Shown here: positions 7,966 through 18,760 of the stretch, piece after piece
How positions within the stretch are numbered: position 1 is the first letter of the stretch
How the letters are laid out: every line of letters begins with the position of its first letter
Source: Acidobacteriota bacterium
Lineage (GTDB): Bacteria; Acidobacteriota; UBA6911; RPQK01; CBDAPI01
NCBI GenBank assembly: GCA_965249245.1
Contig: CBDFLV010000002.1
Span: 134,057 to 198,056, forward strand
Direction: 5' to 3'
DNA: 64,000 nucleotides
Notes under the pieces: model-generated
Seen by the model: only the letters and a program-made list of their open reading frames with translations
Databases searched by the model: none
What the model was told of the DNA's origin: nothing
Made by a program: the position numbers and the translations under genes

Positions 7966-8535
7966 TCAGCCAAATTGCTGGTGTTTCAGCCACAGATTCC
8001 CCTCGATCAACAAACGGGTCCAATCGTTAACAGTGAGCAGTCGATACAATAAACGCCGTCCCGTTGTCACGATCTGGCAAGGCAGTCCGATCACACAGGT
8101 GACAAAGCGCCGGAACTCCATCCGGATCAGGCGTCGGGCCCCCAGTCTTGCAGGCAAAAGCAGGCCCAGCCAAACCTTGAGGTTCCAGGCTTGGGCGGCA
8201 ATCACCAGGTAAGTCCAGTTTGCGACCAGGGTATCGGCCGGCATGCGCAGAGCCTGAACGCCGTTCTTGAGCTGCTCGATCACGTTTTCCTGATTGCAGC
8301 GCCCGTTGCTTTCCAAAACCACCTGTTGTGTCGACAGTTCCTTGACCGGCACGTTCGTGACATAGAACAGATAGCGCTGCTGATCAAACAGCCGCTTTTG
8401 ACCCTTTTCGACCTCGATCCTCTTGCGCAGGATGATCATTCGGTAGGTGCCTTTAGCTCGGGCCGGTCGGTACTCGATCTCCGTCACATGCTCACTCAAC
8501 AAGTTCAGGTTTTTGTAGCCCCGCTCTCGCACCAA
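7966..8535 (-). CDS. Transposase, C-terminal fragment (DDE domain with a GxAEN..IEQLKNG-type motif)
   Basis: 189 aa containing RCNQENVIEQLKNGVQALRMP, typical of IS1380/IS4-type DDE transposases. Together with 8505..9317 it makes about 450 aa, so the gene is probably a pseudogene or carries a sequencing frameshift. Confidence 0.6.
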   Translation of the reverse strand: MVRERGYKNLNLLSEHVTEIEYRPARAKGTYRMIILRKRIEVEKGQKRLFDQQRYLFYVTNVPVKELSTQQVVLESNGRCNQENVIEQLKNGVQALRMPADTLVANWTYLVIAAQAWNLKVWLGLLLPARLGARRLIRMEFRRFVTCVIGLPCQIVTTGRRLLYRLLTVNDWTRLLIEGNLWLKHQQFG

Positions 8536-9317
8536 CGATCGAAGTTGCGGGTCAGGGAAAAGTCCGTGTCTCCCCGCAATCTCACTTGCTCAAAGCCGCC
8601 TCTTCTGACCAGTTTCACGGCTCGATCGATCCACGCCACCGCTCCTTCGTGCGACGGTCGGCTGGCCGGCCGATTGAACGTGTACAAGACCTCGTTGGTT
8701 TCGGCCAGACTCACCACCAAGGGTCCATACCCCCATTGTCCCTTGTAGTTGAGATCCATCCCTTCCTTGCAACACCCCGTGGTCTCGGCCGTCGTGCCGT
8801 CCACGTCGATCGTGGCTCGCTTGCCCATCTCCGCTGCTTGGCTTTGCCACACCTGCAGACGGCTTTCGTTGAAGGCTTCTTGCAGGGCCAAGACATCCTC
8901 TTGCTTGAAACGCCTGAGAAAGTCCCCTTCCGTACTCGGTGCCGGGATCTTGCGCGCTCCTACACTCTCCAGATAGCTGACATCCTCGCGCCGTGACTTT
9001 ACATCCTGCAGGCACACTCCCCCACTCATCACGTTGTAGATCAGATTCAAGACGTGGTCCGACTCCCGGTAGGGAAGGTGCCGCTTCAACACTCGCACAC
9101 GTTCGTCGATCCTCTCCGCCACCCTCAAGCGCTTGACCAACTGAACAATCAGCCCCAGACCTCCACTACTCACCCCTCCCATACGGCTCGAGACGTCGTA
9201 GACAATATTGCCTCCTCTCAGCACCCGTCCCCCACTCTTAGGCCGCCAACTTCGATCCAGCCTTCGCTCTATTTCCTCTTGGCGTTTGTTGATAATCTCG
9301 ATATGCTTTCTATTCAC
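8505..9317 (-). CDS. Transposase, N-terminal fragment (a frameshift separates it from 7966..8535)
   Basis: 270 aa ending RWCESGATKT. It overlaps the downstream ORF by 31 bp in another frame at an A-rich stretch (reverse complement gggctacaaaaacc). Confidence 0.6.
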   Translation of the reverse strand: MNRKHIEIINKRQEEIERRLDRSWRPKSGGRVLRGGNIVYDVSSRMGGVSSGGLGLIVQLVKRLRVAERIDERVRVLKRHLPYRESDHVLNLIYNVMSGGVCLQDVKSRREDVSYLESVGARKIPAPSTEGDFLRRFKQEDVLALQEAFNESRLQVWQSQAAEMGKRATIDVDGTTAETTGCCKEGMDLNYKGQWGYGPLVVSLAETNEVLYTFNRPASRPSHEGAVAWIDRAVKLVRRGGFEQVRLRGDTDFSLTRNFDRWCESGATKT

Positions 9318-9599
9318 CTGAAACGCCTCCTCTTGGGATTGTTCTGGGTCTTTTTCTGAACCTCAGAATACCCGTCAGGACTGGCGTTTCAGGCTTTTTT
9401 CCACCTCTGGGTATACACCCCATGTACTTATTTTGGGACTAGTGCACTGTCCGGAAAGTTCACGCCGCTACTTCGGGCGTCTTTTCGCCGACAGCTTTGT
9501 TGCGCTTCCTCGAAAGACTCCCGGCCTTCCTGCGTCGCGCGCCTCACTGTCGACGAAAATCCATCCAGAATTAACACCGCGAACTTCCCGGACAGCACA

Positions 9600-9818
9600 C
9601 TAGAACTTGTCCAGTCCCTGCATCAATTGAAGATTGCATCTCACAAAACCGTAGCCAATGATAACCAGCAGCGCCCAGGCCCCAGCTTTTTTCCAGAGCG
9701 GCTGGGTCAGCTGGTAGCCACAATAGGGGCATTTCGCCGTTCCGTCAGGCACAGTGTAGTCACAATTCCGACACACTTCCATCACCGAGTCTCTTTTCCG
9801 GAGGCGGAATGACGACAA
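9600..9818 (-). CDS. Small zinc-ribbon membrane protein (hypothetical)
   Basis: CRNCDY...CPYCGY (CxxC...CxxC) followed by a hydrophobic helix WALLVIIGYGFV. Lies immediately downstream of ligA on the same strand. Confidence 0.4.
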   Translation of the reverse strand: MSSFRLRKRDSVMEVCRNCDYTVPDGTAKCPYCGYQLTQPLWKKAGAWALLVIIGYGFVRCNLQLMQGLDKF

Positions 9819-9827
9819 TGCAATGAA

Positions 9828-11864
<2,037 letters not shown>

Positions 11865-11883
11865 CTATAGCACGCATCTTTTC

Positions 11884-12126
11884 TTGAATTTGGTATCATG
11901 GCCCCACATGAGTTCGACGGTAGTCAGTCGCTTCTCTTTTATGGTGGTATTTCCCTTTCAGGAGGTGAACTCTACTCATGTCCCCCTGCTGAGGCTCCAC
12001 TCGCTGGCTCGCAAGCAGATGAACGATACTGAAATCATCGAGACTATCGACCACCTGTTCAAATGCCCTCGGTGTCTGGACAATTATCGGAGAGTGCGGG
12101 CCGGCTATCCGAAGTGTTGTCGCTGA
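11884..12126 (+). CDS. Hypothetical small Cys-containing protein (start uncertain)
   Basis: ORF-track 80 aa ending DHLFKCPRCLDNYRRVRAGYPKCCR. No strong ribosome-binding site was identified, so the call is weak. Confidence 0.2.
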   Translation: MNLVSWPHMSSTVVSRFSFMVVFPFQEVNSTHVPLLRLHSLARKQMNDTEIIETIDHLFKCPRCLDNYRRVRAGYPKCCR

Positions 12127-12156
12127 AGCCTTCGCGGATCAGAGTCAGACGTCGAA

Positions 12157-13053
12157 ATGCAGCTGTTTGATGTTCGAGCGTTCCGGTTCTTCGGAAACCG
12201 GGATTTCTGGCGTCAACTCTGGATGAATTTCAACGACGACCACTGCTGGGGCATGGCCGCTGAGTTGGCCTTCTGTTTTCTGCTGGCCTTTTTCCCATTT
12301 CTCATATTCCTGGGGGGACTGCTGGCTCTGCTTCCGATCGAGCTCATGACTTTCACTCGTCTGGTGGATGGGCTGACCCGCTTGATGCCCAGCCAGGCGG
12401 GTGTCGAGATCAGCCAGGTGCTGGCCAACGCCGAGGGCTGGAAAGCTGCTTCCCGCTCGGCTGTTTTGTGGATGGGGATTGCTCTGTGGGTGTCGTCACT
12501 GGCTTTGAGCGGGCTGGCCGGGGTGCTGACCCGAGCCTACCGGATGAAGGAAAGACGCTCCTTTTATCGGATCCGTGCCCTCTCCATAGTCGTTACGGTA
12601 GGGATGTGTTTCTTTGTTTTGATCGCGGCAGTGCTCCTTTTTTTTGGCGATGACCTGAGCCGGTGGGCGATCTCGAACCTGCCTTTCACTGAGCAGAGCC
12701 CGTTTCACAAGTTGATGACCCTCGGCTATACCATGGTTCGGTGGTTGCTGATCTTCGTGCTCATCAGCCTGGGCCTGCAAACGGTCTACTTCGCTATGCC
12801 GGCCAGCCCTTTACCCTGGAGAGTGATATCCCCAGGAAGCTTTGCCATAACGATTGGAGTCGTCGGAGGCTCTCTCGGCTTCCGCTACTTCGCCAGTAGC
12901 TTCTCCAGTTACAACAATATGTACGGAGACCTGGGAGGTCTTCTTGTCCTCATGATCTGGTTCTACTATTGCAGTCTGTTCCTGCTTCTGGGCGGTCAGA
13001 TTGATTCCACCGCCTTTCGAATCAGCCAAAGACGTGAAAAAGTCCTGCAATGA
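12157..13053 (+). CDS. YihY/BrkB (virulence factor BrkB / RNase BN-like) family membrane protein
   Basis: 298 aa, polytopic, with LAFCFLLAFFPFLIFLGGLL and other family-typical hydrophobic segments. Confidence 0.8.
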   Translation: MQLFDVRAFRFFGNRDFWRQLWMNFNDDHCWGMAAELAFCFLLAFFPFLIFLGGLLALLPIELMTFTRLVDGLTRLMPSQAGVEISQVLANAEGWKAASRSAVLWMGIALWVSSLALSGLAGVLTRAYRMKERRSFYRIRALSIVVTVGMCFFVLIAAVLLFFGDDLSRWAISNLPFTEQSPFHKLMTLGYTMVRWLLIFVLISLGLQTVYFAMPASPLPWRVISPGSFAITIGVVGGSLGFRYFASSFSSYNNMYGDLGGLLVLMIWFYYCSLFLLLGGQIDSTAFRISQRREKVLQ

Positions 13054-13077
13054 TGGCACTCGCTGTGGCTCATGGCT

Positions 13078-13107
13078 GGTTGAAGGTTGAAAGTTGAAAG
13101 TTGGAAT
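13078..13107. repeat. Tandem heptamer array (GGTTGAA/AGTTGAA)
   Basis: ggttgaaggttgaaagttgaaagttggaat. Confidence 0.8.
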
Positions 13108-13195
13108 GTGGGAGGCGCCTTGGCGCGGCGACCTGAAATCGTGAACGTGACCACCCGGCGTTCGCGGCCTGAGGCCCCTCCCACTTCCAGGATCC

Positions 13196-13225
13196 CCAGA
13201 ACCTAGAACCCAGAACCCAGAACCC
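13196..13225. repeat. Tandem heptamer array (CCAGAAC/CTAGAAC)
   Basis: ccagaacctagaacccagaacccagaaccc. Confidence 0.8.
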
Positions 13226-13238
13226 TTATGATCGGACC

Positions 13239-14051
13239 GTGTCGAGACGCTGCATCACCTTTCTGAGTGATTTTGGTCAGCGAGACTACTATGTCGCTTC
13301 GGTCAAGGGAGTCATTCTCGATGTCTGTCCCGAGATGACTATTGTTGATATCAGCCATGCCGTGGAGCCTCACAACATCGTAGAGGCCGCCTTTACGCTG
13401 GCGGCCGCCTACCCCTGTTTTCCGGCAGGCTCGCTTCATCTTGTGGTCGTTGATCCTGGCGTCGGATCGGACCGCAAAGCCATCATCGCCCGGGCGGACG
13501 AGCATGCCTTTGTGGCTCCGGACAACGGAGTGCTGTCACTGATCTTTGAACGGGAAGAGATGACCGAAGTCGTCGAGATTCAGAACGAGAGCTTCTTCCG
13601 AAAGCCGGTTTCGCCGACCTTCCACGGAAGGGACATTTTTGCCCCCGTCATCGCCCATCTTGCCCGCGGCGTTCCAATTGCCGAGTTCGGGCCAGTCAGC
13701 ACGAATTTCGTGACGGTGGATTTGGGCTCCGTTCGCTGTGAAGACCCTGACACCGTTCGAGGCAAGGTGATTCACATCGACCATTTTGGGAACCTGATCA
13801 CGAACATCCAGACTTCTCATCTGAGCGAGCCGCCTGACGGCGCAAGGTCGAGACAAGTTGTTGAAATCGATGGAAAGAAGATTGACAAGCACTACGATTA
13901 CTACGCCGAAGGGAACCCCGAGGAAATCTTTTCAATCATGGGAAGCAGCGGTCGTCTCGAGATTGCCGCTTGCTCGAGCTCAGCTTCCAGGCTTCTGGGC
14001 CTGGGAGTCGGAGCCGAGGTAAGGGTCAGAAGTGTACTCACAGAGGGTTAA
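13239..14051 (+). CDS. SAM hydroxide adenosyltransferase family protein (DUF62, SAM-cleaving)
   Basis: ITFLSDFGQRDYYVASVKGVI...LHLVVVDPGVGSDRKAI matches the PF01887 pattern. Confidence 0.8.
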   Translation: MSRRCITFLSDFGQRDYYVASVKGVILDVCPEMTIVDISHAVEPHNIVEAAFTLAAAYPCFPAGSLHLVVVDPGVGSDRKAIIARADEHAFVAPDNGVLSLIFEREEMTEVVEIQNESFFRKPVSPTFHGRDIFAPVIAHLARGVPIAEFGPVSTNFVTVDLGSVRCEDPDTVRGKVIHIDHFGNLITNIQTSHLSEPPDGARSRQVVEIDGKKIDKHYDYYAEGNPEEIFSIMGSSGRLEIAACSSSASRLLGLGVGAEVRVRSVLTEG

Positions 14052-14382
14052 GCAACTCGTAGCGGAACTTCGTTATAGCGGGCAGCTGGCCGAAGCCACA
14101 CACAGGGGTCACAGCGAGAACCCGGTGTGCGGGGATCTAACCAGCTTTGAACTGCGAGTGCAGGACGAAAAGGTGGCCGGCTGCCGGTTTCGTGCGACAG
14201 GCTGTGTGGCCGCGATTGCGGCGGCAGCGGCGCTGGCTGAAATGTGCCAGGATCAGCCGGTCCGGGACTGTCTACAGATTACCTGTGAAGACCTTCTCAA
14301 AGATCTGGGCTCACTCCCCACACACAAGATCCACGGCGTAAATCTGGCCCTGGAGGCTCTGAGAGAGGCACTCCACCGATAA
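14032..14382 (+). CDS. NifU/IscU-like Fe-S cluster scaffold domain protein
   Basis: ENPVCGD...RATGCVAAIAAAAALAEM...PTHKIHGVNLALEAL carries the conserved Cys/His positions of the IscU/SufU N-terminal domain. Overlaps the upstream gene by 20 bp. Confidence 0.6.
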   Translation: MYSQRVKQLVAELRYSGQLAEATHRGHSENPVCGDLTSFELRVQDEKVAGCRFRATGCVAAIAAAAALAEMCQDQPVRDCLQITCEDLLKDLGSLPTHKIHGVNLALEALREALHR

Positions 14383-14401
14383 GCACTCACCCGCTTTGAC
14401 G

Positions 14402-15157
14402 TCAGACACGGCACAGGAAGAAATGCTCCCGATTGCCTTTCTGCCCGGCTCTCGAAGAGGGAGTATCGGCCAGGACTTCGACTCCCAGTTCCCTCAGGCC
14501 ATCCCTGAGCCGCTCGATCACGCAGGTCCGGACGGCGTCATCAGTGATCAATCCGCCCGCCTCGACTTCGGATCGCCTGGCTTCAAACTGGGGCTTTACC
14601 AGCGCCACAATAGTCGCCGGTGATACCCGGATGAGTCCCGGTAGCACCAGGCGCAAGGAAATAAATGAAAGATCGACAGTGATGAGGTCCGGTTTCTCGC
14701 CGATGACCTCCGGGTCCAGGTAGCGAACGTTGATCCCGTCGCGCCGGATCACCCGCTCATCCTTCTGCAGGTTCCAGTGAAGCTGCCCTCGACCGACATC
14801 GACCGCATACACCCTGGCGGCACCTTCTTGAAGGAGACAATCCGTGAATCCTCCGGTTGAAGCACCCAGGTCCCAGCAGACTCGTCCACGGGCACTCACC
14901 TGAAAAGTGCGAAGAGCCCCCTCCAATTTGGCTCCCGCTCTCGACACATAGCGGCCGGCGGTCTTCTTCACCCGCAACTCGGCGTCGGCCTTGACCTGTG
15001 TGCCCGCCTGGTCAACACGCTGGCTCTCGACCAGGACCGCACCCCTGAGAATCAGAGCGGCAGCTTGCTTCCGGTCCGAAGCAAGCCCTCTCCTGACTAG
15101 AAGGTCGTCCAGCCGGAAGCGCCCGGCTCCGGCTCTCGATTTCCGACTCATCGGCAC
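14402..15157 (-). CDS. tlyA: TlyA-family rRNA 2'-O-methyltransferase (hemolysin A-like)
   Basis: N-terminal S4 domain plus an FtsJ-like methyltransferase domain (VCWDLGASTGGFTDCLL). Confidence 0.85.
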   Translation of the reverse strand: MPMSRKSRAGAGRFRLDDLLVRRGLASDRKQAAALILRGAVLVESQRVDQAGTQVKADAELRVKKTAGRYVSRAGAKLEGALRTFQVSARGRVCWDLGASTGGFTDCLLQEGAARVYAVDVGRGQLHWNLQKDERVIRRDGINVRYLDPEVIGEKPDLITVDLSFISLRLVLPGLIRVSPATIVALVKPQFEARRSEVEAGGLITDDAVRTCVIERLRDGLRELGVEVLADTPSSRAGQKGNREHFFLCRV

Positions 15158-15180
15158 AACCTCGACCTAACCCCGGCCAT

Positions 15181-16101
15181 TCAAAAACGCCGCAGCGACA
15201 GGAAGCGGGCCAGTTCTCTAAGGATGTCCCCGCGTGAGCCCAAAAACTCCAGGTGCTGGATGGCTTCTTCCACAAGTCGCGTAGCGATTTGCTTGCTCTT
15301 GCTCAGACCGAACAGATGGGGATAGGTAGCCTTTCGCACTTCCCGATCTTTGCCGGTTTCCTTACCCATTTCCTCACAGGAACCCTCCACATCGAGGATG
15401 TCATCGACCACCTGAAAGGCCAGTCCCACCCGGGAGGCGAATGCCGAGAGTTCTTCCAGTTCCTGATCGTCTGCCTCGCACAGCACGGCGGCACAGTACA
15501 CGGAGGAAAGAATCAGGGCAGCCGTTTTCGATTCGTGAATGTACTCCAGCTCTTCGGCGGTGTAGGGTTTTCCCTGAGCGAGAAGGTCCGCCACCTGACC
15601 GGCAATCATTCCGCCCAGGGTCCCGATCGCCCTCGAAAGCAAGGCGATGACTTTCAGTTGCCTTTTTGCTTCCACTTGATGTGGCTGCGCAGCCAGATGC
15701 TGAAAGGCCAGAGTCAGCAGGGCATCCCCCGCCAAAACAGCAATCCCTTCCCCAAACTGTTTGTGCAGGGTAGGTCTTCCCCGCCGGTAATCGTCGTCAT
15801 CCATGGAGGGCAAATCGTCATGGATCAACGAATAGGTGTGGGTGAGTTCCAGGGCGGCGACCAGCGGCATGACCGGTGCCACTGGCCTTTCCAGGGCCTG
15901 GGCTGTGGCGAGGGCGAGAATAGGCCGCACCCTTTTTCCGCCGGCGAAGACCGAGTAGCGCATGGCCCTGTGAATCACGCCAGGATGAGTTTCCCCGTGG
16001 GGCAGAACATCGTCCAGATAGCGATCCACCCGAGAGCGATGCTCGGCCAGGTACCGGACAAGGTCAAAGGAGTGGTTGCCGGGCTCGCTATTTGCCACCA
16101 C
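15181..16101 (-). CDS. ispA: Polyprenyl diphosphate synthase (farnesyl/geranylgeranyl diphosphate synthase)
   Basis: Two aspartate-rich motifs: LIHDDLPSMDDDDYRRG and a second DD motif in VVDDILD. Confidence 0.85.
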   Translation of the reverse strand: MVANSEPGNHSFDLVRYLAEHRSRVDRYLDDVLPHGETHPGVIHRAMRYSVFAGGKRVRPILALATAQALERPVAPVMPLVAALELTHTYSLIHDDLPSMDDDDYRRGRPTLHKQFGEGIAVLAGDALLTLAFQHLAAQPHQVEAKRQLKVIALLSRAIGTLGGMIAGQVADLLAQGKPYTAEELEYIHESKTAALILSSVYCAAVLCEADDQELEELSAFASRVGLAFQVVDDILDVEGSCEEMGKETGKDREVRKATYPHLFGLSKSKQIATRLVEEAIQHLEFLGSRGDILRELARFLSLRRF

Positions 16102-16339
16102 CCTGATCCTCGAGATCCGTCTCCTCGAAGGGCACTTCCGTTGTCTTCCCGCCCTTCCCTTTGACCAGTACTTCGATCCGTCGCTCCGCCTCTTCGAGCC
16201 GATCGGAGCAGTAGCGGGACAACTTCACTCCTTCTTCAAACAACTGCAGGGATTCCTCCAGCGGCAGATCGCCTTTCTCGAGCCTGGAAACAATTGCACT
16301 CATGCGGTTGAGCGCCTTCTCGAAATCATTCTCTGACAT
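16088..16339 (-). CDS. xseB: Exodeoxyribonuclease VII small subunit
   Basis: 83 aa; FEKALNRMSAIVSRLEKGDLPLEESLQLFEEGVKLSRYC is the XseB signature. Confidence 0.85.
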   Translation of the reverse strand: MSENDFEKALNRMSAIVSRLEKGDLPLEESLQLFEEGVKLSRYCSDRLEEAERRIEVLVKGKGGKTTEVPFEETDLEDQGGGK

Positions 16340-16341
16340 GG

Positions 16342-17619
16342 CTACTCTCGGCGAACATTGAACTCTCCTCTTTCCACGCGGATCCTGAGCTCTTCGCCTT
16401 GTTGCAAACGCTCGGGATCGCGAACAATTTGGCCGTCCAGCCGACTCACAATGGCATATCCCCGGTGCAGAACAGCCAGGGGTGAATAGGCATCCAGCTG
16501 TCGCTCGATGCTCTCGATTGTTTTCCGCTGGGCGGAGACGTAGAACTCTGCACGCAGCAGCAGGGTCTGCTCAACCTGATCGAGATGCTTTCGAAGCACC
16601 GGCACCTGCTGCGGCACAGAACCGAGCAGGCGGGCGCGCAGTTCCTGGAGTCGGCCGCCCCATTTCTGAGCTCTCTCTCGGGCGCTGACGAAGTGAGGAC
16701 TGGATATTGTACGCTGCAGCAGTCCGCGTTTTCTCTCCAGAAGCAAATAAATACTGGTGGTGAGACGGCGCACGAAGTCATCGTTTCGTTGCGCCAGGTC
16801 CTGTCGCGCTGCAGACACGATTTCCGCTGCTGCTGACGGAGTCGATGCCCGCACATCGGCCACAAAATCGGCAATCGTGAAATCTGTCTCGTGTCCAACT
16901 GCTGAAATGACCGGAATCTGCGAATGGAAGATCGCTCTGGCTACCATCTCCTCATTGAAAGCCCACAGATCCTCGATGGATCCGCCGCCCCTGGCCACGA
17001 TCAGAACGTCCAGATCAGGCTTCTGGTTCAGGACGCGGATCGCTTCTGAGATCTCGAGGGCTGCCGATCTGCCCTGAACCTGCACCGGTGCAATCAGCAC
17101 ATCAACCTGGTCATTACGCCTCTTCAACACGCGAAGCAGATCATGCAGGGCGGCTCCCGACGAGGAAGTGATGATCCCGATGCGGGAGGGCAAGAGGGGA
17201 ATCCTTTGTTTGATCGCCGGATCGAACAGTCCCTCCTGCTCGAGACGCTCCTTCAGCCTCTCGAAGGCAACCTGCAGAGAACCACGGCCTGCCGGCTCAA
17301 CGATATCGACAATCACCTGGAGGTCGCCGCGGGCAGTGTAGACCGAGACGCCTCCCCGGACTCGGACCTCGGAACCCTCCTCGGGCTTGCACCTCAGATA
17401 CTGGAATTGCATTCTGAAACAGACCGCTCGAATCTGGGCTTCCGAATCCTTGAGGGTGAAGTAACAGTGACCAGCCCGGGAGACCTGTAAATTGGTCACT
17501 TCCCCGCAAATCCAGACGTCGCGAAACTCCTTCTCCACCAGCCATCGAAGGCGCCCCACCACATCTGATACGGTCAGAATCTCCCTCTGTCGAGGCTCTG
17601 GAAACCTGGTCTCGCGCAT
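16342..17619 (-). CDS. xseA: Exodeoxyribonuclease VII large subunit
   Basis: 425 aa with an OB fold (VWICGEVTN) and the catalytic region. The stop abuts the xseB start. Confidence 0.9.
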   Translation of the reverse strand: MRETRFPEPRQREILTVSDVVGRLRWLVEKEFRDVWICGEVTNLQVSRAGHCYFTLKDSEAQIRAVCFRMQFQYLRCKPEEGSEVRVRGGVSVYTARGDLQVIVDIVEPAGRGSLQVAFERLKERLEQEGLFDPAIKQRIPLLPSRIGIITSSSGAALHDLLRVLKRRNDQVDVLIAPVQVQGRSAALEISEAIRVLNQKPDLDVLIVARGGGSIEDLWAFNEEMVARAIFHSQIPVISAVGHETDFTIADFVADVRASTPSAAAEIVSAARQDLAQRNDDFVRRLTTSIYLLLERKRGLLQRTISSPHFVSARERAQKWGGRLQELRARLLGSVPQQVPVLRKHLDQVEQTLLLRAEFYVSAQRKTIESIERQLDAYSPLAVLHRGYAIVSRLDGQIVRDPERLQQGEELRIRVERGEFNVRRE

Positions 17620-17814
17620 AATGAGAACGTCACTTCCAACGGAGTTTTCGGAGGGTCAGCCACAACGCGCAGAAATTATACATAAAGCCTGGCAGCCTCA
17701 ATAATTGCCTTCCACGAAGTCAGGTTCCCTCCAGTACTGCCCTCCACAAATATGGTAACGTTTGCGGATGGGTATTGCGTGGTTCAAGTTGATGAAAGTG
17801 AGTACTTACCCTCG

Positions 17815-18711
17815 ATGAGCTGGTTCAAGCGTGAAAAAACTCCACTCCGACCTCCCGAGGAAGGGGAGCGGAATGTCCGTACCGAGGGGTTATTCGAGAA
17901 GTGCCAAGGCTGCCAGAGAGTCGTCTGGAAGAAGGACCTGGAGAGGAACCACTCGGTTTGTACGAAATGTGGACATCATTTCAAGATGACCGCCAGGGAG
18001 CGGCTCGACCTCCTGTTCGACAGTCAACAGTGGGTGGAATTCGATCAGGGGCTTCGCACTTCCGACCCCCTCGAATTCAAAGACCGCAAGAGCTACAAGG
18101 CACGGCTGGAGCAGGCCTATCGGGTCACTGGACACACGGAGGCAGTCATCAACGCCGAGGGTCGTATGGGCGGTTATCGATTGATCTGTTCGTGCATGGA
18201 GTACCGCTTCATCGGGGGAAGCATGGGCTCGGTCGTCGGGGAGAAGATCACCCGGGCCATTGAGCGGGCCCTGCAAACTCGACAGGCTCTCGTCATCTGC
18301 TCGGCCAGCGGGGGGGCCAGAATGATGGAAGGGTTTTTGTCGCTCATGCAGATGGCCAAGATCAGCTCGACCCTGGCTCGTCTGGATTCAGCCGGGCTTC
18401 CCTACGTTTCCCTCTTGACCGATCCGACGACCGGGGGAGTCACGGCCAGCTTTGCAATGCTGGGTGATCTGAATATCGCAGAGCCGGGAGCACTAATCGG
18501 ATTCGCCGGGCCCCGTGTGATTGAACAGACCATCCGCCAGAAGCTGCCGGAGGGGTTTCAAAGTAGCGAGTTTCTCCTGGAGCACGGCATGCTGGACGCC
18601 GTTGTTGAGCGCAAGCATCTCAAGAACTACATTACCGACTGGCTGGAATTCATGAGTTGCAAGCTCGATCCTCCTGATTCGCGGATGCAATCTGAGCATT
18701 CACTTCCATAA
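17815..18711 (+). CDS. accD: Acetyl-CoA carboxylase carboxyltransferase beta subunit
   Basis: MSWFKREK start, Zn ribbon CQGCQ...CTKCGHH, and a carboxyltransferase domain. The ORF-track start at 17752 is probably too early. Confidence 0.9.
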   Translation: MSWFKREKTPLRPPEEGERNVRTEGLFEKCQGCQRVVWKKDLERNHSVCTKCGHHFKMTARERLDLLFDSQQWVEFDQGLRTSDPLEFKDRKSYKARLEQAYRVTGHTEAVINAEGRMGGYRLICSCMEYRFIGGSMGSVVGEKITRAIERALQTRQALVICSASGGARMMEGFLSLMQMAKISSTLARLDSAGLPYVSLLTDPTTGGVTASFAMLGDLNIAEPGALIGFAGPRVIEQTIRQKLPEGFQSSEFLLEHGMLDAVVERKHLKNYITDWLEFMSCKLDPPDSRMQSEHSLP

Positions 18712-18760
18712 GTGAAGCCTCACCTTCGCCACCGTCTAGTTCGACCCGGTCAACCAGCTG

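Larger units (their letters stand above)
7726..9446 (-). mobile_element. IS1380-like (IS4 superfamily) insertion sequence, about 1.72 kb
   Basis: Perfect 20-bp terminal inverted repeats TGCACTAGTCCCAAAATAAG (7726-7745) and CTTATTTTGGGACTAGTGCA (9427-9446). Inserted 28 bp upstream of the PP2C phosphatase start codon. Confidence 0.75.

Noticed and set aside
15253-16164. 303-aa plus-strand ORF.
   Set aside because: It is antisense to ispA/xseB, both of which have strong family motifs.
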